DNA of 64,000 nucleotides, taken from Candidatus Lustribacter sp. Lineage in GTDB: Bacteria > Vulcanimicrobiota > Vulcanimicrobiia > Vulcanimicrobiales > Vulcanimicrobiaceae. The position numbers and the translations under genes were made by a program. The DNA is taken from the NCBI GenBank assembly GCA_965277805.1, contig OZ255842.1, positions 4,864,001-4,928,000 of the forward strand, read 5' to 3'. This document shows positions 1-9,253 of the stretch, in pieces. Below the pieces are notes generated by a model that saw only the letters and a program-made list of their open reading frames with translations, searched no databases and was not told the origin of the DNA. The stretch's first letter is position 1, and every line of letters starts with the position of its first letter.

Positions 1-245
1 ATGGCGCTGGATCAAAATACGCTGACTTTGGCGGCCCACAGCTGCGCGAGCGAACGCGCGCGCCTGACTGTTGAGCTCGCGATAAGTGGACGTCGGCTCC
101 TCCAGGAAGCCGCGTCAAACGGCATCTTCGGGGGCCTGTCCCAGGTCTCTTAACGACACAGGGCGCCGAGAACCTGAAGGCCAACCGTTATGGGCGCGCC
201 TTACTGTTACCCCCGCTTGTCGCGGGACGGTATGTTCGTCGCCGA

Positions 246-764
246 CTATGTGCGAGTAACCGACATAACGCGGTCCTCTTCAAGTAGCCAGGCCCCGCTA
301 ACCGACTGCGTCCACGTGAGCTGGTGCTTCTCAAAATCGAGCTCCCTGCCGGGTCCCTGTCGCGGATCGTTACTGCTAACGCCGGAAAACCAATGTTGCG
401 CGTCGACAGATTCCGTCGCGCCCCGTGGCGTAACGCTCGTCGAAGTTACCTTCTGACTGTTGCCCATCGGCTCCATCGCGCGTAACGCAAATGAACTGAT
501 TTGTTGCGCAAAGGGCTCGAGCGTAAGCCGGGTACCGTCCGGCTGAATCACGTGGAAGTCTTTAGAAATCATCCCCGTCAGTGCGGGCACGTCGCCATGT
601 GAAACGGCGTCGAAGTAACGATTCGTCGCCCTGTCCAGCGAGCTCGGTGCAGCACCGGAAGACATCTGAGCGCCGGCTAGCGACGGAGCGGTAAATGCCA
701 GTGCCATGAGTAGCGGGCTTACTATGCGTCTAAGCATCGTGGGATAACTATACGTCGGTTTCAT
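246..764 (-). CDS. Exported NTF2-like (DUF4440/SnoaL-type) protein
   Basis: Signal-peptide-like N-terminus (LLMALAFTAPSLAGA); 'YFDAVSHGDVPALTGMISKDFHVIQPDG' and terminal 'W...GAWLL' fit NTF2-like folds. Confidence 0.6.
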   Translation of the reverse strand: MKPTYSYPTMLRRIVSPLLMALAFTAPSLAGAQMSSGAAPSSLDRATNRYFDAVSHGDVPALTGMISKDFHVIQPDGTRLTLEPFAQQISSFALRAMEPMGNSQKVTSTSVTPRGATESVDAQHWFSGVSSNDPRQGPGRELDFEKHQLTWTQSVSGAWLLEEDRVMSVTRT

Positions 765-1170
765 GTCTCACAAACGTTCGGTGAACGAACCTGGATTTAC
801 TAAATCTTAGCTGAGCAACGGCTCAACGCTAGTAACCGATTGCCGTGCTGTTAACGCGAATCTGTCGCGCACGAGATTGTTTGGGACTGCGCCGGCATAG
901 GACGTGGATCGCCTAAGGTAATGTTCAGCGGACGGCAAAGCGATTGCGCGCCGTTGTCGCGCAGCGCGCAGCGCATTAGAGCCGCAGAAGGGCGCTCGGA
1001 TGTGTGCTGTTACGTCCGCCCTGCGTTCTGCGCGTCTGGGGTTTAAATCATTGTTTCCCCGAGGTAGTGACGACGCCAGACGTCCGGCTCCATGTTGGTG
1101 TCCGGCATCGTCTGGGAGACCTGTACCCCGGGCGGGGAGAGGCCTATCCCCCGCGAAGCGGCGATGTCCG

Positions 1171-1413
1171 ATGACGTTCCCGACCTACGTGCGCTTGGTG
1201 ACCGACAAGATTCGCGAGGTCATGCCTGACGTGGCCCGGGTTGCGCGCGGCCGCTGCGTGACGTGGTCGCGCGGTTCGCAATCACTCACGGTCGACGCCT
1301 CCGACAGCAAGACGTGGTGGGTGAGGTTCGACCGCGCGCTGGTTTACGACGAACGCCAGAACGCCGAGAGCGCCATTGTGACGGCGCAAAACGCAGTTGC
1401 GCACTTCACTTAG
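1171..1413 (+). CDS. Hypothetical protein
   Basis: Protein-like composition from ATG 1171 (MTFPTYVRLV...). Confidence 0.45.
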   Translation: MTFPTYVRLVTDKIREVMPDVARVARGRCVTWSRGSQSLTVDASDSKTWWVRFDRALVYDERQNAESAIVTAQNAVAHFT

Positions 1414-1495
1414 CGCGTTCGACGGCGCGGCGTGCGCGACAATAGCAGCGGAATATCGTCTCGACCAACGAGGCGTCCTCGTCGAGGATGAGGCC

Positions 1496-1753
1496 ATGCG
1501 GTGCCGAGCGTGCGGGTTCTCCTCGCGCCTACCCGGCACCCCGGTTTCCGCGTGGCGCCGGCGCAGTCCGGAAATCGAGCCGCCGGTGGTCGAGCTCTGC
1601 GAGATCTGCACCGCCGCCCTGGAAGCCGTACAGCGATCTGATGGTGGAGAGACTGCTCGGCCCCTAGAGATGGTAGGGGAACGAACTAACCCTGCAGCGC
1701 TTACGCGCCCTCGAACCGTTAGGAAGCCCCGTTCGAGCCTGCGCCATCGTTGA
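1496..1753 (+). CDS. Small putative zinc-ribbon protein
   Basis: CRAC...CEIC pair of CxxC motifs; GAGG upstream of ATG 1496. Confidence 0.4.
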   Translation: MRCRACGFSSRLPGTPVSAWRRRSPEIEPPVVELCEICTAALEAVQRSDGGETARPLEMVGERTNPAALTRPRTVRKPRSSLRHR

Positions 1754-2087
1754 AACGAGGAATAATCGGGCAGGGGCGGGCTAACTCAAGATGGTGTGCG
1801 AGGTGCACCGTCCTTCCATCCCGCGCAGTGTGGGACGCTCAATCTACCGCGGCACCTGTCCAAAGGTTTCACCCTGGCGGGGCGCTTCACAACGCCATCT
1901 TATCGGCGCCGCGGACGGCCGGCGCCGCAAGGCGGGGCCACCCGGGCCGGAGATCACTATGCGACACCCAGCGAAGGGCCGGGCTCCAACGCGCAGAACG
2001 TCCGCTACGTGCGAAACTTTCCTGCTTGCCGCTAGTGTCTAACGTGCGCCGCCTGGGGTGTGCCAGGCTACGAGAGGCCTGCCAAGG

Positions 2088-2534
2088 ATGAAAACCGCGA
2101 AGTTCCGTGCTGTCGACGTTGCCAAATGCCTACTGGAACTCCACGGCCCGATGCCGCAACTCCAGTTGCAAAAGCTGCTTTACTACTGCCAAGGCTGGAG
2201 TCTCATTTGGGACTCGCGTCCGCTTTTCCGCGACACCATTGAAGCCTGGGTAAACGGCCCTGTTGTGCCATCGATCTGGCGACGACATTCTTATGAGTAC
2301 GAGTTGACGCCGACCGAGTTTGACGGTGATTCGAGTAATCTCGATCGAGATGCACGGGAGACAATCGAGGGAGTGCTACGTTATTACGGGGACTACACTC
2401 CTTCGCAACTCGTCGCGAAAACTCACGGCGAGATGCCATGGCTGCGCGCGCGCAGGGGTCTAAAAAGCTATGAGCGCGGGAACGTGCCGATCTCGTTGGA
2501 CGACATGGTAGAGTATTTCAGCGCGGCCCCGTAG
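2088..2534 (+). CDS. Panacea-domain (DUF4065/SocA/GepA-like) antitoxin
   Basis: LQLQKLLYYCQGW, LF..IEAWVNGPVV and L...THGEMPW motifs characteristic of DUF4065. Confidence 0.9.
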   Translation: MKTAKFRAVDVAKCLLELHGPMPQLQLQKLLYYCQGWSLIWDSRPLFRDTIEAWVNGPVVPSIWRRHSYEYELTPTEFDGDSSNLDRDARETIEGVLRYYGDYTPSQLVAKTHGEMPWLRARRGLKSYERGNVPISLDDMVEYFSAAP

Positions 2535-2802
2535 CGGCCGTCTTGCAGTCAACGTCCTTCGTTGGCACACTGTGCTTGACGTGAGCAAAAACCGAATACA
2601 CATCGTTTAAACGTTCCGCGGTACACCGATCAGCGGCATTGCGCCGGTCATCGATCACACGCGCATGCTCAAAAAAGGTCGGATCATCGCGTATTCCATC
2701 GTGGACGAAAGTGCACGATGTGATCAGCGTGACCAGGCTCGCCACAATTACGACTCCCCAAAACCACCACTGCGACCGCGTTACCTCGTTTGGATCTTGC
2801 AT
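2518..2802 (-). CDS. Small membrane protein
   Basis: N-terminal hydrophobic segment WWFWGVVIVASLVTLI; directly downstream of 2806..3522. Confidence 0.45.
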   Translation of the reverse strand: MQDPNEVTRSQWWFWGVVIVASLVTLITSCTFVHDGIRDDPTFFEHARVIDDRRNAADRCTAERLNDVYSVFAHVKHSVPTKDVDCKTAATGPR

Positions 2803-2805
2803 GGC

Positions 2806-3522
2806 TTATCCCGTTCCCGGAGGGGGCTTTTTCTGCGGAGCATTCGATGGCAGGAAAGCGGGAGGCGGCTCGATTTTCGCAACCGCTGATCTCTCTATAA
2901 TGGATTGGCGCGCGTGAAAACTAATCCCGAAGCCCTTCATATGAGTGGCGCGGTCGTTCCAACGGAATGTTACGTTTGCGAGTTGCTGACTGAATAGCAG
3001 CGCAAGGTGCTCGGATTTTCCGGCTCTGATGCTTCCAATGTCAACGGGCAGCGAAAATTCCTGGCCTTGGGGGTTGCAAGCAGTAACCGTTAGGATGCCA
3101 TTTACGACCGGCGATCTGCCGACGCTAATCAGCTCTACTTCTGCTGGCTGGTAAGGCGACGCGTTTATATCGGCTGGCGGTTCCATTACGAACCCCTTTG
3201 TCACATCGGAGATGAAAAGGCGAAGCGGCGGCCGTTTGTGGGAAGCGTTGCATGACTGCACGCTGAGCGCCGGCAGTTTCTCGTGCTCGAGTGCCTCTTG
3301 CGTGTAACGGGCCGCCTTGTAGGCAGCGAGAAATGCACCAAGAGTCAGCATGCCGAGGAGATATGTCGAAACCGTGAGCGAACAAACCGGATCACCATAA
3401 ATGCAGCGCGCTGGATGTGCGCCAATCGCTACCCAGTAGGGAATGGCCGGACCTAGTGCGACGGCGACAAGAATTACAGCAGCAATCGCGACCCACAGCG
3501 TCCGGATATGCTGAAGCCTCAC
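2806..3522 (-). CDS. Membrane protein with two N-terminal TM segments and a soluble beta-rich domain
   Basis: Two hydrophobic helices, then a globular region; 4-bp overlap with the upstream ORF. Confidence 0.6.
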   Translation of the reverse strand: MRLQHIRTLWVAIAAVILVAVALGPAIPYWVAIGAHPARCIYGDPVCSLTVSTYLLGMLTLGAFLAAYKAARYTQEALEHEKLPALSVQSCNASHKRPPLRLFISDVTKGFVMEPPADINASPYQPAEVELISVGRSPVVNGILTVTACNPQGQEFSLPVDIGSIRAGKSEHLALLFSQQLANVTFRWNDRATHMKGFGISFHARQSIIERSAVAKIEPPPAFLPSNAPQKKPPPGTG

Positions 3523-3869
3523 GATCGTTCTATTCGAACCGACGTGATCGTATTGCGAACGGTCTTCAGCGCGGGCGTCTCTGAGACGCTAACAATCTGC
3601 GCAATAGTCTTTGCCAAACTCTGCATTTGCTCCGCGTTGATTGCTAAATCGCGCGCAGCGAATACTAGGCAACCTTCTTTCTCGTCAGTCCGAACGTATT
3701 CGGCACCGAGGTCGACTACTAGCTCATTCAATTCCTGAGCTAGCGGGCTCTTAGTCGCGGAACTTAATCGATCGGCCCCATGTTGCGGGTCGACAGCAGC
3801 TTCGTTCGCTTTTACGGACGCTCCGTCGGCTTCGTCGGTGTCCTGTAGCCGCTCCCCGTCGCCGTTCAT
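3519..3869 (-). CDS. Hypothetical protein
   Basis: 116-aa ORF with ATG start, coupled to 2806..3522. Confidence 0.5.
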   Translation of the reverse strand: MNGDGERLQDTDEADGASVKANEAAVDPQHGADRLSSATKSPLAQELNELVVDLGAEYVRTDEKEGCLVFAARDLAINAEQMQSLAKTIAQIVSVSETPALKTVRNTITSVRIERS

Positions 3870-3998
3870 GCGAAACGCTTCTCGCCCGCGGCCTGAGAGC
3901 CTCGTTTTCCGACCGTCAGCTTGCCAGAATCGATAAGCCTCTAATATCGAACGGGCCCGGCTGCGGTCGCAGAACTACGCAATCGTTCGGCTCTCGCT

Positions 3999-4448
3999 TT
4001 AGGTGCAGTGGTCGGAGATGCTTTGAAGTCGCTGGTGAAAGCCGTCGCGGTCGAAACTAGTAATGCCCGAATGCGGGGATTTGACTGCTAAAGCGTTTTG
4101 CAGCAGCAGTCGCTCCCGGTAGACGTACCGGCAATTGCGCTGGCCGGCATCTACGCTTTCATCGAAAGCGTTATCGAGGTCGGCAGCGATAGCATCGAGC
4201 TGACCGCCATAGTCTTCAGCTCCAACGTGCGTACACGCCAGATGCGCATCCGCCGACCGAACAAATGCCGCTAAGGCCGCAGAGTGATCACGTGCACTCA
4301 AGTCGACGGCGCGATCGCGGATGTCATCGGCTCGATCTAAACAGGTCGCCGCTACCGCACGTGCAGGGAGACCCAGCATCAGCATCCCGCTAGAAAGTGC
4401 GAGGACCGTGAGCAGGATGCTAACGCCTTCCCAAGCACGGCGCAACAT
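3999..4448 (-). CDS. Exported helical protein with paired cysteines
   Basis: Signal-peptide-like N-terminus ending AVA; four Cys in the mature part. Confidence 0.55.
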   Translation of the reverse strand: MLRRAWEGVSILLTVLALSSGMLMLGLPARAVAATCLDRADDIRDRAVDLSARDHSAALAAFVRSADAHLACTHVGAEDYGGQLDAIAADLDNAFDESVDAGQRNCRYVYRERLLLQNALAVKSPHSGITSFDRDGFHQRLQSISDHCT

Positions 4449-4629
4449 TAAGCAAAGTACCTAAGATCATTTAGTGGCAGCATGCGCCGCAGACTAGCAT
4501 GCCGCACGGGGGCGGCGCAAGGTACGAACGTCCTTGGACCGTCGAGGTACGCCTGCGGACGCGATGTACGGGCGGCTCTACGGCGCGGCGCCGCGAAACG
4601 CGCACATGCGATTCCGGGAGGTCGCAAGC

Positions 4630-4926
4630 ATGCAGATACAAGCCTTGTTCGTTTCCGCGGTTCTTGCCTTGTCCGTCGCGCTCGTGCCGGCCGCGGCCGC
4701 AACGCTGCCGTCGACAGTCATAGTGGCAGCCGCGCCCGCGATGTTCGATACCGAGGCCGCCGCGCAAAAGCACTGCCCGCGCGACGTCGTCGTTTGGTTG
4801 AACATCCCGACCGGCGTCTATCACGAGCGGGGCATGCGGTGGTACGGCCGCACAAAACACGGCGCGTACGTGTGCAAGAGAGAAGCCGACGCCGCCGGCG
4901 ATCGCGACACGAGGAACGGCCAGTGA
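4630..4926 (+). CDS. Small exported protein (CP.D.VVWLN..TGVYH..G.RWYGRTKHGAYVC family)
   Basis: GGAGG SD before ATG 4630; signal peptide; recognisable conserved small bacterial domain. Confidence 0.75.
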   Translation: MQIQALFVSAVLALSVALVPAAAATLPSTVIVAAAPAMFDTEAAAQKHCPRDVVVWLNIPTGVYHERGMRWYGRTKHGAYVCKREADAAGDRDTRNGQ

Positions 4927-5360
4927 GGCTAAGTCCGCATTGCTACGTCAGAGCTCTGGCCTTTTCGCTCGGAACTGCCGTTGTTTCGACCGCAACTGAC
5001 GCATCTGCCACCGAGCACATCAGCATGCTTCAGTACGTAGCGCAGCGTGGATCTATGCTGGGGTTCGCGCACGATGATGTGACGCGGTTCGTTACTTACG
5101 GCAACGTCATCCCCGCTTGCGCCGAAGTCGCACGAGCGTTCCCTGATATGTCGGCCGTGCCTCCTCAGCAGGTTCGCCACGTGATACGTCTTCAGGCTGT
5201 CTGCCGCGCGGGACTTAAAAGCCGGAACGCGGGCTTAGGCGTATTTCGCGTCGAGGACTCCCTGCTCGGCCTCACGTGCATTAGCCTGAGGATGATGGAG
5301 CCCGCCGCAGACCTAAAGCCGGCGTGCAGTATACCGTCTTCTCTGCCGGCCCCTCCATAG
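4923..5360 (+). CDS. Hypothetical, possibly exported protein
   Basis: GTG overlapping the upstream stop (GTGA); hydrophobic N-terminus ending ASA. Confidence 0.4.
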   Translation: MRLSPHCYVRALAFSLGTAVVSTATDASATEHISMLQYVAQRGSMLGFAHDDVTRFVTYGNVIPACAEVARAFPDMSAVPPQQVRHVIRLQAVCRAGLKSRNAGLGVFRVEDSLLGLTCISLRMMEPAADLKPACSIPSSLPAPP

Positions 5361-5370
5361 GATAGTGCAC

Positions 5371-5817
5371 ATGAGAAAACCGTGGTTCGTGCTTTGCGTG
5401 CTGATTGCGCTTGCAGGAGGCTATTCGGCCACCCGCGCGACTGAACAAACGATCGTAACATTCGACGGCGCGTGGTGGACGAGTCTTGACACTTCCCAGA
5501 AATATGCGGCCGTTGAGGGCATGATCGTGGGCTACCAAGCCGGTTATCAGCGCGGCGCTGGCAACGCGGTCGAATACATGTCTCCAAGCGAGGCGAAGGC
5601 GCAAGGTTTTCCCGCAGCTTTCAAGGCGTTTTCGGCGCGCGGTGCAGCGCTGTACCAGCGTGCTATGAATATGAACGATGCCGGATCCGATCGCACGTTT
5701 GGAACAATGACTAACGAACTCGATGCTTACTTCGTGAATCAGCCAACACGCGCCAAAGAACTCGTAGAGTACCGAGTTTGGTGCGCCATTACGAGCGGAG
5801 CGCACTGTAAACAATAA
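5371..5817 (+). CDS. Exported helical protein
   Basis: Signal peptide MRKPWFVLCVLIALAGGYSATRA. Confidence 0.65.
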   Translation: MRKPWFVLCVLIALAGGYSATRATEQTIVTFDGAWWTSLDTSQKYAAVEGMIVGYQAGYQRGAGNAVEYMSPSEAKAQGFPAAFKAFSARGAALYQRAMNMNDAGSDRTFGTMTNELDAYFVNQPTRAKELVEYRVWCAITSGAHCKQ

Positions 5818-5973
5818 TCTCCGGTTCTCGGCCACGCAAGCGATCCAACGATACCGTCGCGAGGAGGTGGCCGCTTGCAAGTGCTAGCCAGGCCAACTCG
5901 GACGCGCACTTGAAGCCGCATGTTCGGAACAAATTAAGAAACGATCTGTCGGCAATTCAATCTGGAGAAGCAC

Positions 5974-6999
5974 ATGGGAATCGTTGAACCGCTCAAATTG
6001 AGCGTCACCTATGCGTTCGTAAGGTCGCGACAACTTGACGGAACATACCCTGGTAATGATCAAACTGGCGTTTGGATGCCAACTGATTTGCGAATCCGCG
6101 CTGGTTGGGGGAAGGTGTTCGAAAGTGATTGGCCGCGTTCATCTCTTGCCAACTGGCCTCCCGCTGAACCCCCCGGTCTCGACGTTAAAGCTCAGAAGCT
6201 CAGATCTCTATATTATCAACGAGTGCGCGATATTGATGATGCACGCTCAACATTGGATCATCACGGACCGTTCGCCGCGGCGTTCGATATTGGACTAGCG
6301 TGGTTCAAATACACTGACGGTATAATAAGCACAACCCCCGATCCTCTCGAAAAAAAAGAGGCTCACGCTGTTATGATCATCGATTATGATGATACAAACC
6401 AGTGTCTGCGCGTTCGCAATTCGTGGGGCACAGGTTGGGGAGAAGCTGGTTATGCGAATTTGGCATATAGCGTCTTTTCGTCGACAATGACCGATGCTTG
6501 GACGATCTCTGCCGAGACACCGGAGGATATATGGGCCCCTTCGAGCGCGAACAAGTCGTGCGTCAAAACCTGGGGTATGCCTACCATGTCAAGAGGCAAA
6601 GCTGTGCATGGGATCGATTTGGTTGCGGCAACGGGTGAACGGAATGGCTGGGCGTTCGTTGTAGAGCGCGACGACGTTTTAGACGTCGAGGAATTTTTTA
6701 TACGTCCGCCCCAGCGACGCCGCGGATTGGGCAAAAGCTTGTTGGCCGAATGTCTCGACCTCAGCAATAGGAAAGGGCTGCCGTTGAGATTTTTGGTAAC
6801 ACACGCGGATTACTTGACTTCAAACCTCGCCGCGATGCGCGCTCTATTTGCAGCCTCCGGCTACGCCATGCACTCAAGTCCGCTCCAGTATGCCTCCGCG
6901 ATTTTCGAAGCAGGTAACCCGGCCACCGGTCTGGCCGCTGGCAACGTGCGTCCATCAGGATTGCCTCCGCGCCCGGCATATCTTTCGCAAGTTCGATAA
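5974..6999 (+). CDS. Papain-like (C1) peptidase C-terminal part fused to a GNAT acetyltransferase
   Basis: HAVMIIDYDD and RNSWGTGWGEAGY (C1 His/Asn motifs); FIRPPQRRRGLGKSLL (GNAT acetyl-CoA motif A); no N-terminal catalytic Cys motif. Confidence 0.8.
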   Translation: MGIVEPLKLSVTYAFVRSRQLDGTYPGNDQTGVWMPTDLRIRAGWGKVFESDWPRSSLANWPPAEPPGLDVKAQKLRSLYYQRVRDIDDARSTLDHHGPFAAAFDIGLAWFKYTDGIISTTPDPLEKKEAHAVMIIDYDDTNQCLRVRNSWGTGWGEAGYANLAYSVFSSTMTDAWTISAETPEDIWAPSSANKSCVKTWGMPTMSRGKAVHGIDLVAATGERNGWAFVVERDDVLDVEEFFIRPPQRRRGLGKSLLAECLDLSNRKGLPLRFLVTHADYLTSNLAAMRALFAASGYAMHSSPLQYASAIFEAGNPATGLAAGNVRPSGLPPRPAYLSQVR

Positions 7000-7161
7000 C
7001 AATGTTTCGCGCGTTCTTGACGAGCGCGGCGTGCCGCCGGCGGAGTAGGGTTGGACGCCTGTGCCGTGCCGGGAAGCCTCTAATATCCAATGCCCTGAGG
7101 TCACGAGGAACAGCGAGCCGTTTGCGCAGACAGGACCGATCGACCTACGCTGTCCAGCGTG

Positions 7162-7539
7162 TCAGGTGCTATGCGACTTGCCCTTCGGCGGAATCGCGCT
7201 TTCGACGACGAGCACCCCCCTGCTGTCGGCGGTGATCACATGGCCGTCTTGCCGTATTGCGCCGATGATCACGGCCGGACCGTCCGTGTGCTCGACCTCC
7301 TCGATCTGGACCGGCTCGTCGACACCATTGTAGCCGTGCTCATTGTAGGCGAAGACCTCGCCATCGTCGTCCTTGGATTTCATGTTATCCCCCTCGAATT
7401 TATAGGTACCCGGCGCCGGCATGAAGATCACTTCCGGACGCAAGAAAGACATGGTCACCCGCTCCGCGGCAGCGGCGCGCCTCGCGATGGCCTGCGCCTG
7501 CGCGTCGACCGGGTCCGGCGGTATTACTGGTCGCGCCAT
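7162..7539 (-). CDS. Hypothetical protein
   Basis: ATG start, GC3-rich codon usage, globular composition. Confidence 0.55.
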   Translation of the reverse strand: MARPVIPPDPVDAQAQAIARRAAAAERVTMSFLRPEVIFMPAPGTYKFEGDNMKSKDDDGEVFAYNEHGYNGVDEPVQIEEVEHTDGPAVIIGAIRQDGHVITADSRGVLVVESAIPPKGKSHST

Positions 7540-7651
7540 GCCATGACGTTCAGCAAAAAATTCGCCTAATCGGGCGCGCGCTGTCGTATGGACGACCGTC
7601 GCTCGGCCTGCTAGGATTAGGCCCCATCTTTAGGCGTTTGCTCGGAGGTGT

Positions 7652-7954
7652 GTGCGGCACATGGACTCGCTCTACCTAACTGTCACGTCGCAGGGAGAAC
7701 GCTTTGTTGCGACGAGTGCGGCGCCGCGCATCTGTTCGCTCGGAGCGTCGCCTGAACAAGCCACTGAGAGCGCCCGGCTCGTGGCCCTTGCCATGTTTGG
7801 CGGCGGACCGCGCCCGGCCATGCTCATCGACCGGATCACGCAGCCCGGGCTTTCGACGCTCGTCATGCAACCGCTCGAAAAACCGTTCACCATCGGGAGC
7901 ATAGTACAGAAGGTCGGCTGGCGTTATATGGCGTCCGTTCCTGGCCGGGTTTGA
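7652..7954 (+). CDS. Hypothetical protein (possible HicB-like N-terminal fold)
   Basis: GGAGG upstream; 'FVATS..P.I.SLGASPEQA' loosely resembles HicB-type N-termini. Confidence 0.45.
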   Translation: MRHMDSLYLTVTSQGERFVATSAAPRICSLGASPEQATESARLVALAMFGGGPRPAMLIDRITQPGLSTLVMQPLEKPFTIGSIVQKVGWRYMASVPGRV

Positions 7955-7967
7955 AGCTGGCTCAGTA

Positions 7968-8156
7968 GTGGACGTGATGGTGCTGTGCCGGTGCGGGCAC
8001 CCCTCCGGTCTGCATACCGAAAACGGCTGTCGCGCCGGCCGATATCAGCCTTGTCCCTGCATGTTGGATTCACGTTTAGCAATGGAGACCGCAGTCGCGG
8101 CCGTGCGAGTACCGTCACGGAAAGAATCGGTCAGCAACACGATAACGGGCAAGTGA
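7968..8156 (+). CDS. Cys/His-rich microprotein
   Basis: CRCGH...H...GC...PCPC motif. Confidence 0.55.
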   Translation: MDVMVLCRCGHPSGLHTENGCRAGRYQPCPCMLDSRLAMETAVAAVRVPSRKESVSNTITGK

Positions 8157-8199
8157 GGTCATGGAGTTTTTGGCCTGGCGGTACACTGAACGGCTAGGT

Positions 8200-8331
8200 A
8201 TGCGCATTTCGATGTCGTCGAATTCTAGCCACGATATGGCCTTGCATTGGCCGTGCGGTTGCGCGCTTCAGGGAACACGGGAGACGACCGTGTACGTGCC
8301 GTGCGAGACGCATGAGCGGCGTCCGATATAG
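8200..8331 (+). CDS. Cys/His-rich microprotein (43 aa, below ORF-track cutoff)
   Basis: MRISMSSNSSHDMALHWPCGCALQGTRETTVYVPCETHERRPI; CGC...PCxxH metal-binding pattern. Confidence 0.4.
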   Translation: MRISMSSNSSHDMALHWPCGCALQGTRETTVYVPCETHERRPI

Positions 8332-8550
8332 CGCCTGCCGCATTCAGCGAAGTCAAGTGAAGACGCTTAAAGCATGGCCAATGCAACATTCGTCAAGCCC
8401 GTCGACTGGCGACTGAACGGCGTCCCGCACCCAATTGGACAGTTGTTTTCGTTCCACTAGGGACGCAAATCACACATCGTGTAAATGTTCGTACCCTGTC
8501 GCTTGCAGCTCGTCACAATTGAGTAAACCCCCCTGCGCTAGCAAGAAATC

Positions 8551-8760
8551 ATGATAGGCTGGCTCCATGATAGCCGTGAGTGCGTAGTGCGCGTGGCCTG
8601 CTCGTATCTAACGATACGTGGTGAGCCCTGCAAGGCCGCCGCTTGCTGGATGTGCCCAAATTGTAAACGAGTAGCCTGCGGCACACACGTACAGCGGCAA
8701 GGCGGCGGTGGCCGCTGTTTGAATTGCAAAAACACTGTTCAGCGGTTGTATGCAGACTAA
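8551..8760 (+). CDS. Cys-rich zinc-finger microprotein
   Basis: C..C, CPNC, CGTH, CLNC motifs (B-box/treble-clef-like). Confidence 0.55.
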   Translation: MIGWLHDSRECVVRVACSYLTIRGEPCKAAACWMCPNCKRVACGTHVQRQGGGGRCLNCKNTVQRLYAD

Positions 8761-8870
8761 CGGGCATGCATTTTCGGACGGCGTCTGAGCACCCTCGGTG
8801 CAACCGACGAGGTTTAAGCTCATTCGTTAGTGCGCACCGTGTTCGATATTAGAGGCTTATCGGACTCGTG

Positions 8871-9098
8871 CTAATACGTTTTCTTCTTGGTTTGCACCGG
8901 GTTGGGGTGCTCTGTCGGCGCCGGGGTCGGCGCATGCGTTGATTCCACTACAGGCCCGCCGATATGGACGTACGGCTTTGCGAGATCCCATGCTGGCATT
9001 TCAATAAGGGCAAGAACACCGAGGACAATGGCGACTATCCAGCCCGTTCTACCGTCTTTGTTCTTCGCGAGCGTCTCGAGGTTCCCCCATTGTAACAC
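8871..9098 (-). CDS. Small single-TM protein or gene fragment
   Basis: One hydrophobic helix followed by a Pro/Thr-rich tail. Confidence 0.35.
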   Translation of the reverse strand: MLQWGNLETLAKNKDGRTGWIVAIVLGVLALIEMPAWDLAKPYVHIGGPVVESTHAPTPAPTEHPNPVQTKKKTY

Positions 9099-9253
9099 TT
9101 TACTAAAACGGACGTCTGGCTAAATGTTACAGAGCGCGCTTACGACTGTGTTGTCATCAGGCGATGCGGAAGTTCCCCCCGATAATTGGAGACCCAAAGG
9201 TGCGGGCCGGCCAGATCAATGGGTGCGCTGGCTACATGCTCGGGGGCCATTAT

